Under the pieces are notes generated by a model, which saw nothing but the letters and a program-made list of their open reading frames with translations, ran no database searches and had not been told where the DNA came from. From contig OZ365109.1 in NCBI GenBank assembly GCA_977030845.1, positions 52,080,001 through 52,144,000 of the forward strand: 64,000 nt of DNA, in the 5' to 3' direction. This document shows, one piece after another, positions 53,979 through 64,000 of this stretch. Origin of the DNA: Fimbriosthenelais zetlandica. Its lineage: Eukaryota. The position numbers and the translations under genes were made by a program. Position 1 is the first letter of the stretch, and the number at the start of each line of letters is the position of its first letter.

Positions 53979-56900
53979 TACGCCATGTGGAGAAATAACG
54001 AACTAACAACGAACGAAATTTCCCGCCCCTGCTACATCAAATGTAGGCCTACACGTATCCCTACCAAACGTTTAGACAGTTTTCCATTCATAGGTCTATG
54101 GCATAAACGGTCTAAACTTTTGGTAGGGATGTGTATATATAGGCAACATTTACTAGGAACGTAGGCATATAGGCCTATTTTCTTGACTTTCTTTTCGGTA
54201 GTGATAAAGGCTACTCACACAAAGACGGTATATAATCCAGACGAAAGTAATCATGATTTTCCCAATAATACGGAAGAATTTTACAACCACACTTCCTGCA
54301 GATACAGCATCATTTCCCGAAACAGTCTGATCTGGAATCAAAGAGGGACAATAGGTTTAATAACATTCCGGAGTCCGGACATCATAATAGCCTACATTGC
54401 AATAGACCTACTCAGGCCTGTAAGCCTATAGGCTCACGCAGTGTATCATTGCAAAGTTTAAAATTGGCGTATATTAGGCCTATGTTTAGCCCTATTAGGC
54501 ATAATAATTTTGCATTGCCTGGTAGGCTATTGTCAATTGCCTTTATGGAAATAATATGGCCTAATAGATCTCCTACCAACGTTGTGTAGTATATCTATGA
54601 GGCCCACAGTATGAGAATTAGACTAGAAATTCGACCTATCCAAGAAAAAAAGTCACCAAAACTATAAAACACAAAATTTCATCTCATCACAGAAATACAT
54701 TTTGTTTCGGACAAGTACAAAAATATATAGGGTAACAATATTCCTATAAATCAATAATAATAATTATTATTAATTAGGCCTACCATTATTTGAATCCATT
54801 TCTCCGGTTATTTTCTGTCGTACTGAACAGCTTTTCTTCATCCCGAAATTGCTTTCGGTCTATGATTATTCACTATCCCCGGCGTTGTCCTGACAAAGCT
54901 ATAGTCAGGACATCTCTCTCGCCACTGAAACTGCCAGTGCTGCTACTGCTGTTGTTGGTTCAATGGCTGCTGCGTCTGCTGCTGCTGCATTTCCTGCATC
55001 TCAGCCAAAATCCAAAGCCAGACATGTTTGTGCCAGATCATTCCTTCCTATTCCAGACCATTATGCATGTATATCGGTCCTATATTTCTCTGTGTGTCTA
55101 TACATGACGTGTTGCCCAGAAATGGATGGTCATTATCTTAATCACTCTGCAAATATATCCCCGAGTTTTGCACCCCATGGCATGTAATATTATGTTGGTA
55201 TGCCAATGTTGGTGCATATTATGGCTCGCTCATTCACTACTCCTGCTTTTCTCTAGTGTCGTCGTGTCCCACCCTCCTTTCATAAAACCCTGGTCTAAAT
55301 CATAGTCATAATAGTAAAATGTGGGTAAGCCTAACTAAAGCGATTGTACCTGGAGTAGGTAGGCTCGTCTTATAAGTATTCCATAGTACCGAGTACTTGT
55401 AAACCAGTCCTGGTTTTTGTTGAAGATGAGGTTTTCTGCTCGAGGGACAGTGAGCTACTCTGGATGGTTGCTATTACTCATTCTGTACTACTACCCTCCT
55501 CCTTACAAAACATTCGATAGGGCGCGCTAGGAGATCTCTGCTGACTTTCCCACATTTCGGCCTATATATATGGGCCGTGAGAAATCCGTTTAACCCTACT
55601 GGGAGTCTAGTCCTACATAATTATGCAGTTTTAAATAATGTTCAGATTTTACAATAAAATGTAGGCCTATTCATTAATTTGTTAATCTATTTGTCTACTC
55701 TCAACTACTACTTACACAGTCATGTGCTATATATTACCTCCACCACACTTCTGACTTTCTCCACAATGCACCTTTCACACTATAGGCCTACCTATATGGA
55801 ATGGAAATATATAGGCCTAAAATAATAACATCGTAAGAATGACCTTAGAACCATAACCGTTCACCCCTAGCCTCGATCTCTGGTCAAGCCGTACTGAGAG
55901 ATGCCGGTAGGCAGGTGCTGCCACCTACATTGGCAACAATGTATCCTCTCAAGTCTCATTGAGTAAAAAATGACGAAACCGTACCGTAATGCTTTTATTT
56001 ATATGTTCCCTCAATAACAAATTAATTCTTTTCGTACCGAGATCGAATGGCTTGCAGGAAGTGTAGGTCGAGGGTCGGGACCAGTAGCGGTCACATTGGA
56101 GTTCCCAATATTAATCATGAATGTGTTTTTTTAATTGTTCATACATTTATTCGATCTCATTTATGACTGTTTTTTCTGAATCGATTCCATATTCAATCTA
56201 TTCCATCATAATTATCTCTGCACATTTATAATTATACGAAGGTCAGAAATAGACGCAATGAATAGTTATGAACCACTGAAATGAATTATGTTAGTCAATC
56301 ATGTTATTTTAAGACACTGGTATGATGGAAACCTTTATTTACATAAGGCCAAACAGAATAGGGAAAGGTGTTTCAGTTTAACCCCACCCCCTTTACCTAG
56401 AAAATCCTAACTCCAACCTAGTTTTAGCTGGAATGAACCTGAACCACGCCTTTAATTGATTTCGCCTAATTGTACAGTTGTAGGCCTATATATTGTGATA
56501 CTTGTGATAGCTTAATTAGGACACGGGCGTGAGTGAGGTCATAAAGGAAGGATTCCGACTAATGGACAAGTGATGAGCAAGTTGACATTAATTAGAGAAA
56601 TAACAGATATTTATGACTGAGCAATTAATATATGTGCATGTATTATAGTGGTCCATTCAACTAGGAAACTTTAATCCTTCGAGGAACTTAATCCAGATAG
56701 GACCTATATATTGGTTGGATGACCGAAATGTAACAAAAATACGGAAGTAAAATGCCGCCACTGCCCCCAACGTGTGTAAAGTAATCGGACGTGAGGAAAA
56801 GTTATATTTGGGCACATTATATTTGATTACATATGATTAAATGTATTTATACTTATATTTTATGACATTGCCTTGGGGTTTATTTCTTGTAGAGGAATGA

Positions 56901-57454
56901 TTTGTATAGTTAAATGGGATTCTATTCGAGGTAGGATAATCATTATTGCTCACATGGGTCATGGGTTTCTCTCTTCGAAAATACCATGGAGATCTGAATG
57001 GTTATTGAACTATATTGTCGGCAATGAAAATAGAAGTACAGGGTCGGATTCCGGGGTTGAGTTCTGTGGTTTGTAACCCTCCTTAATTAGTTCTAAATCT
57101 TCAAAAAGTGGCTGTGCATTGTAATTTATTCCTTTACGCTAATATTCGTCTAAAACTGACTAGCTTATATTACATGAATACACATGTGTGTAAATAAAAA
57201 TATATTAATAAACAATTAATTAATAAATAATGATAACTTTATCCAATGTAATGGCTAAAGCCTGCAAAGTTAAATCACCAAGGCCATAACGCTTGTCCTT
57301 TCCCCTAACATGATGTCCATTTGTCTGTACCTCGACCTCTACTACATCTCAGTTTTCATATTACCATCAATGGTCAAATACTGACCACAACTGAAGATTT
57401 ATAAGAAAGCATACCTTGATCTTTTGATTTACGTTTCTTTCTCTCAGGCTACAG

Positions 57455-60400
57455 ATGTCAACCAAAATGATAACTAGAATACTTCTTACTGCAATTTGTA
57501 AGTATGATGATGATTTGTATATAATTCAATTGCAATGTTACATATATAGCTGTATAGGTGTTCCAAGAAAAGGGTAGAAAACTAGCCCTGACTCAGAGGG
57601 ACCCTGGTTCGATTTCCGGTATATGTATAATGCATTAACGCATTTCCGCATTACACGGTGTTTTTTATACAATATTTTCTGATAATTATTCTCGAATTAC
57701 TTGTAGGCGGATGTATAAATTATTTGATACGACGTAACGAAGTCTTTTGTTATTGTGTCTTGATAGCTTTTGATTGTACATTAATGTTTTCTTAAGGACA
57801 TTTATCAAATAATACCATTTCCACTGTTTCGGGGTTTTACAGGCTGTCCTGAACATGTCATGCCTAGGCCCTATATACAATTTTATATATTATATTGACA
57901 TATTTCTTGTTTACATAATGCTCTAATTACAGTTTAGGACTCGTCTGATTGAAAGATAAAATTCTAGTTAAAATTGCACATCAATTGTAAATAAAATAAA
58001 AATATAATAATTAAATAATTTTACAACTGAATACAAATGAACAGACCTACATTGCATGAATCTTAGAAGGAAAGGTGAATGTGCAGATCATTGTATAGCC
58101 TAGGTGTCTGTGAAATAGACAACTCTCACTCAGACGTATTGTTTTTATGATCATCAAATCATGACCATAGGCTATAAATTATACAAGACCTTAATTGAGT
58201 CTGCAAATGTATTACTCTAAAGAATTATATCGCCAATATGTACCGTTCACATTCTTTTGATCATCGCATTTGTGAATTGTTATTGTAATATCGATGTAAT
58301 ATCGATGTGACCTCATTTGCATAATATATAGAAAGAGTATTTAAATCGTTTTTGATTAATTATCAAAAATATTTCCTCTTGTCACATACTGAGAATCAAC
58401 TGGATGATTACTAGAATATTAGATGTGCAATGACTGGAGCAAATTAATATTGAAAAATATCTACATCTAATATTATTACGGTACCGTTTGAAAAGTAAAA
58501 TAGATCTTTTCCTGATTATAATGTATAGTATCATCATAAATAAAGTATCATAAATAAGTTTTATTATAAATTTGATATTTGATCCTTTTTCTATTAATAC
58601 ATGTAAGTTGTAACACGTATAATATATCAATTTGGTTCATGAAAGCGATTGACCGCAGGCAATATATAGACTACTTTACGGGTTTACCAATAACAATGTA
58701 AAGCACTAAAAGCTGCAGATGCACAGAGCCCAAGATACGGTTAATGGCAATATCATGTCAGCCATGACGTTTTAATTTATATACGGATACAGAGATGCTT
58801 TCAAGCTTTCATGCCTATATACATTATATTGCTCCCTGGAGCATAAAGGAACATGGATAAATGTATAGGTAAAACATGAACAGCTTAAAAAATAGAGCAA
58901 GGTCCCTATAGCTCATTGCGATCGTATCTGATCCTTCTTAATCGCGGCACTTCCTGCAAACCTGTATTATTTTTTTAACATGTCAATTCGATGTTTTCTT
59001 TACTTCTTATTTCCTTCTTATTTCTTCCAGTTATAATCCAAATATATATATCAGAGATGAAAAGTGTTCACAGAAACGAGAGCCAGGCATTATGGCCATC
59101 TGCCAAACATCAAAAGAACTTGAGAAATAAACTTCCAATATCAGCTTCAACAGAGGTAAAAACTACGAGTTACCGTAAACCAGAGGGAAAGGATTTTGGT
59201 TTTGGGAATGGGTTTGGGAATGGATTCGGGCACGGGCATGGACACGGCCATGGTCATGGACATAGCCAAGGATACCACTTCAATGCCAATGGTAATTTTC
59301 AATATTTAGATTCCTTATGCCATAGACCTTAAGTAGAATGAATTCAAGATGAATTTATTATAATAGACTTAAGAGATGACATTTTCTTTCTTTCTGTTAA
59401 GGATGTAGGAAGCCTGGTCAGATAGTGTGTGATGTTGATGCAGCCTCTGATTTGGACCGTCTTTGTCAGTATGCGGTTTGTGTATATTCATCTGAGACTC
59501 CTAACCTTTGGTGGCAGGCTGATTTTGAGGTAGTTCGTATGGTGTGTCCAGACGATACAGGGGTGCCATCTGATTTTGCTGCCCTTTGCGAGAGTGGCGT
59601 GAACCTATACGGAATTATACAGGCTATCCATCAGAGTCGACATTCAGGGTATGGAGGAGGACATGGAGGTGGTCATAACAGAAAACATTCCAAGTACAAT
59701 TATATGGATGAAACTCCATGTGTTGTGTCCAGAACGGCCTGTGAGTGATTATAATTACACTATTTCCCACCCTAGAATCAGAGAGATATCCTAGTTATAA
59801 ATTATTCAAAAAATAATTTACTAATTAATTTCCATATTAAAAACCATAGACGATCGCTCCATAATCGGGTAGAAATCGGGGAAATGCATTGTAACCATCA
59901 CAATTCGTGTTTCGGGTATATTCTTCTATATATGGTGCATGGCTTTTACCTAATTTTCTACATAATAAATACCTTTGACGAATACAAATTGGAGTTTAGT
60001 ATGTTAAAGTAATATCTATTTTATGAACACAAATATATTTTAAAAAAATTAAAAAGGAATGAAAGAAATATTCAAAGAGTTCACATGATTGTAGGTGATG
60101 CTGATCTGGATGACAATGATGATGCCCCAGCTGTAGTCCCTGTACCAGATCCAACACAAGGTCCACCCGAATCTGTCCCGGAGACACCTACACCTGCACA
60201 AGTTCCACCACAGGCCCTTCCAACGGAGACTTTACCTCCAGTCGGTCGAACTCTAAGCAATGTCAACCCATTCACTCGGCCCCCTGCCGTCACCCATTTT
60301 CGGACAACAGCTTCTCCAATACAGCCAATCCCTGACTCGGGTAAGAATTCCTTATAAAAATCGTTTGATACGTTTAGTTAGGTATAGAATTCGTTTAGTT

Positions 60401-63400
60401 ACTTCTAGAAAAAGCACCCCATGTATATATAGCCTAATATTGTTCGTAGTACAATGTAATGGTTGTACCTGGGTAAAAATTGACCCAGCGACACGGCCCT
60501 AAATAAAGGGTGACATTCTGACACAGACTGTTTAACGTGTCACACACAGAGCTGACAAAAACTGACACACGTGACACATGAGACATTTTTATCGTGTGAT
60601 ATTCTGACTCAGGCATAAAAAAGGGAACCCATGTACACCCCTAATGTATAACTATCAGTAATAAATGCATCGCTAACATTTGTTAGGAGGGAAAGAGAAG
60701 AATCGAGCGGGGTGGGGGGAGTGTATACTATATTATATTAGGCTACGTAAATTTAACCTCTGAATTATTAGCAATATATAAGCCAGTTATAAATATTTTT
60801 AGGATGTCCTGGACCATTTCTAAAGTTCCCTGGTTACCATAGTGAGGGTGGCGTGCTTTCTCCTTCCATTGATACAGAGGAATCATGTAAAGCTTTCTGC
60901 CTCGGTCATAGTCATTGTAGGTGAGTGTTTTAACTTTATAATCATCATTCATATATATTATAGGGAAAAGGAAACTTTTCTAACTATATGAAGTGTACAT
61001 AATTTAAGTTGAAGCAGCCTTATATATATACATGTTACATGTGGTAAGCTCATTTAGAATGACTGGAATTAAGAACATTTTCAGGGCGATCGACTTCTCG
61101 GGTCAAAACTGTTATTATTTTGACGAATCTCGGCAAACGAAAATTGAAAAGGACGTGTGGACAAATCACCTAATGATAACGACTTGCCATGGTGATGCAG
61201 GTAACAACCAATTTCCAATGAAGGAACTTTTTTCTAATCTAAGGTTGGTCTATGTTAATAGTGCATTCTAATCTCAGTTCAATCTCTGCTTTAAGGCGCT
61301 GATAAATGGTTTGATTCATGTTCACCTGGATACCATGTGAATGGGGCTTCTACCTATAAGGAACATATACCTTCAATCACCACATGCCAACAAATGTGCA
61401 ACCACGATGATGAATGTTATGTAAGTTTAACAGTCTGATATTCTGAATCTGCTGAAAGTGAAAAGGGCAGTGATCCAACCCACCAAGCGGTTCCTATACA
61501 AATTAAAACTTATATATTTTCTTTACAGGGAATTGATTACGATTTTCAAGAACATGTTTGTTGGCTACATAAGAGTTACTCAGTATGTGGGACCTACATA
61601 CCCTCTGAGAAAAGCACTCATTGCAGAAAAAAAGATTGTGGTAAGTTTAGGCCTATAGGCCCAAAATTAGTACATATTTGTAATATGTTTTTATTTATAT
61701 AACCTAATGTGACACCTACAGTCTGTTCACTCTAAGTTGATCCGAAACCACAGTACATATGTATGGTAGTTTCAACTTAGAGTGAACAGACTGTAGTGTT
61801 CTACAGTCACTAGACAGTGAATTAGTCCGATTTGCCAAACAGGCAGTGTATCCTATGAGAGTGGTGCATATTCAAACACTTGCCGAATTGTAACCATTAT
61901 CAATAGAGGTACCAAAATTATGATGACCGTTTATAATTGAATAAAGTCCATATATTCAAAGTTTCAATTATATTCACTGTCGGAATGGGATATAATCGAG
62001 CAATAATTAACAACTTCAGATTGATTCTTCAGTAGTGAAGTGGGTTTCAGTCCATGGTAACCAATATCACTCAGGGGGGTCACATGACCATCAGGTTGGG
62101 TTTGCTAGTTTACCAACAGTATAAGGGCACTGACAATTGACAGGATAAAGAAAGCTAAATAGTATTGAGGAAACCATCAGGACATGAAGCAGGTCACAGC
62201 CTCATCATGTTATTTGGCTATTTAGGAGTTTTCTGTTACGGTACCAAATAATGATATTTATGTGCAATATATGTAATTATAAGGTTGCATTCCGAGAATG
62301 AAAAGCTATAGTTTAATTATTTAAACACATTTTGCAGTTAGTAATATAGCTTTCAGACCCTATTTAGACACTTTTGATTATTTACATTTAAAACCCCATC
62401 CTATGACTGGGCACCGACCTGCCTTCAAGTCGTGTGATCTTCCTTAATCCCCCTGTTATCTCTTTTTCTGACAATTGTCAGTGCCCTTATAGTGTTGATA
62501 AACAAGCAAAACAAACCTGATGGTCATTTGACCCCCCTGAGTGATATGGCTGACCTCTGACTGAAAGCCACTTCACTACTGAAGAATCAATCTGAGGTTG
62601 TTAATTAGTGCTCGATTATATCCCATTGCTATGGCGAATATAATTGAAACTTAGAATATAAGGACTTAATATGCTTATGAATAACCACCATAATTTTGGT
62701 ACCTCTATTGTAAATGGTTACAATTCGGCAAGTGTTTGAAAATGCACCACTCTCATAGGATACACTGCCTGTTTGGCAAATCGGACTAATTCACTGTCTA
62801 GTGACTGTACATAAGGGGTCATTGTCTTTATGCCTGGGGAGACGTCAAATTTTCACATACTACTATTTTCCTCTAGAATGATAATGTACATGTACACGAG
62901 TGGCCAGTATGAATTCTGATGAAGTCGCTATAATACCTCAATAATATTTTAATGTATAACTTTGATCCAGGGTTGACAAAGCCCGGTCATCCACGTGGCT
63001 ATTCAGTGGTTAGTGTTGGGTATCAACAGAAAGGTGGAGTTTTCCTCACTGGTACACGGTCCAGGTCCGTCTGTATACAAACATGTGATGCCAACCCAAA
63101 CTGTGGAGTAAGTCTATCATTTTATGAAGGAGTATTGGGGTGCGACAGTATGGAAATGTCGTTTAGGGGAAAAAGCTCTTGACCTTTGGCTATCCATCCG
63201 CATCACTTCAAAAGCTGCTCATCAATTAATGGGTTTCCCTCAGATCTGTAAGGGGTAGAAAACACCAGTACAAAATTAAATGCAGTACATATAATGTAGG
63301 GTTTTAAAAATTAAAAAACTTAACAATTATCCTGTTATTCAGCTATTTAGTGAATAATTTGCTACATTTTGGTTCAGAAGTGATTAGATCTATGTTTTCA

Positions 63401-63576
63401 TGAAAACCTATAGGTCATCGAAAGAAAAAATGTTATATAAACTTCATTTTCAGGCTGTAGATTACAAAGTTGATGATGGAACTTGCTGGCACATCCCTGA
63501 GAAATACGCTTGTGGAGCTTTCAAACGAGTAGACACCATTACCAATTACAGAAAGGCATCCACACATTGTATTTAG
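57455..63576 (+). CDS. Secreted modular protein: signal peptide, Gly/His-rich tract, CBM14 (peritrophin-A)-like domain, Pro/Thr linker, 3 PAN/apple domains (539 aa)
   Basis: Exons 57455-57497, 59031-59291, 59402-59740, 60095-60340, 60803-60920, 61085-61200, 61296-61420, 61529-61640, 62971-63107, 63454-63576. Total 1620 nt, all GT-AG, frame-consistent. N-terminus MSTKMITRILLTAIFIIQIYISE. CBM14-like motif CQYAVC...RMVCPDDTGVP. Three repeats of the form C-x3-C-x5-C-x-[AG]-[IV]-D-[FY]...C-[WY]. Confidence 0.85.
57555..57620 (+). pseudogene. Degenerate tRNA-derived sequence (SINE head or tRNA pseudogene)
   Basis: B-box-like GGTTCGATTTCC at 57606-57617 with an upstream GGTAG A-box-like remnant. 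The acceptor stem does not pair. Confidence 0.3.
61717..61795. mobile_element. Hairpin MITE, copy 2 (same family as 47227-47310)
   Basis: Left arm identical to copy 1. The right arm has a 5-nt deletion and one substitution. Flanked by TA on both sides. Confidence 0.85.
61802..62809. mobile_element. About 1.0-kb non-autonomous DNA transposon with about 340-bp terminal inverted repeats (TA TSD, CAGT ends)
   Basis: TA-CAGTCACTAGACAGTGAATTAGTCCGATTTGCCAAACAGGCAGTGTATCCTATGAGAGTGGTGC... is matched by its reverse complement ending ...GTCTAGTGACTG-TA. The arms (about 61804-62150 and about 62455-62807) remain alignable by eye with scattered mismatches. No transposase ORF inside. Confidence 0.9.
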
Positions 63577-64000
63577 TTGAGATTCAAATATTACATAATT
63601 ATATCAAAATATGGTCGTCAGGATTACTATAGCGGGCCTGAGGTTCTATAATCTTATTTTTTAGTATACATTTACCTTATTAATTATGTTTGGTTGAATA
63701 AATTTATTGTATAATTTATTGATATGTTTCCTCATATAGATCTATAGCCTACAATGTCATGTATATGCAACGGGCTTTCACTAAAATTTAATGAGTCCAA
63801 AGTGGCAAAAATGGATTTTGAGTTAGTTGCAGATTCTTAGTTGGATAAGATTATGAGCGTTACATTGATATGTGTGTAGCACATGGAGATGTGGTCACGA
63901 CTAGGCGAGACAAAATATGAAAGTTGCTAAGGCCATCTGATCATCAACAGACCAAATACTAAAATAGGTAAGCATTATATATACCTTGTTTTTGTACACA

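Noticed and set aside
54930-55000. CAG/CTG-rich stretch suggesting a polyQ or polyA protein
   Set aside because: Stops interrupt the Q-rich frame and there is no supported exon structure.
58991-59332. ORF-track protein starting MFSLLLISFLFLP as a signal peptide
   Set aside because: The hydrophobic start is the translated polypyrimidine tract of an intron. The real exon starts at 59031 and the signal peptide begins at 57455.
1-64000. rRNA, intact tRNA, snRNA, CRISPR arrays, telomeric arrays, hammerhead ribozymes, viral ORFs
   Set aside because: I looked for their hallmark motifs by eye and found none convincing. CTGATGA cores lack a correctly placed GAAA and stem II.

Overview
AT-rich eukaryotic (metazoan invertebrate) genomic DNA with spliceosomal introns. 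The abundant TAGGCCTA/TACATGTA palindromes and the PAN/apple-repeat chitin-binding gene suggest a lophotrochozoan such as an annelid; this is inference only. The right third (43.7-64 kb) is a compact gene cluster, reconstructed by hand exon by exon. (1) VPS33B on the minus strand has 20 exons and encodes about 615 aa, with a GC-AG intron and a 24-nt micro-exon. (2) A TMEM53/DUF829 alpha/beta-hydrolase-like gene lies on the minus strand and encodes about 295 aa. (3) An unnamed secreted modular protein on the plus strand has 10 exons and encodes 539 aa: signal peptide, (GH)6 tract, CBM14-like chitin-binding domain interrupted by a Gly/His insert, Pro/Thr linker and three PAN/apple domains. The left two-thirds contain no gene I could fully build. 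They hold decayed transposon relics (pogo-, L1/Tx1-, CR1/L2-, RTE-, DIRS- and Mutator-like, all low confidence), microsatellites, a few TF-motif clusters, and a housekeeping-type promoter at about 10.5 kb with tandem TCTCGCGAGA motifs but no recognisable downstream protein. Most ORF-track entries are spurious. The best candidate for new biology is the His/Gly-rich chitin-binding PAN protein. All family assignments come from recalled motifs; no database search was run.
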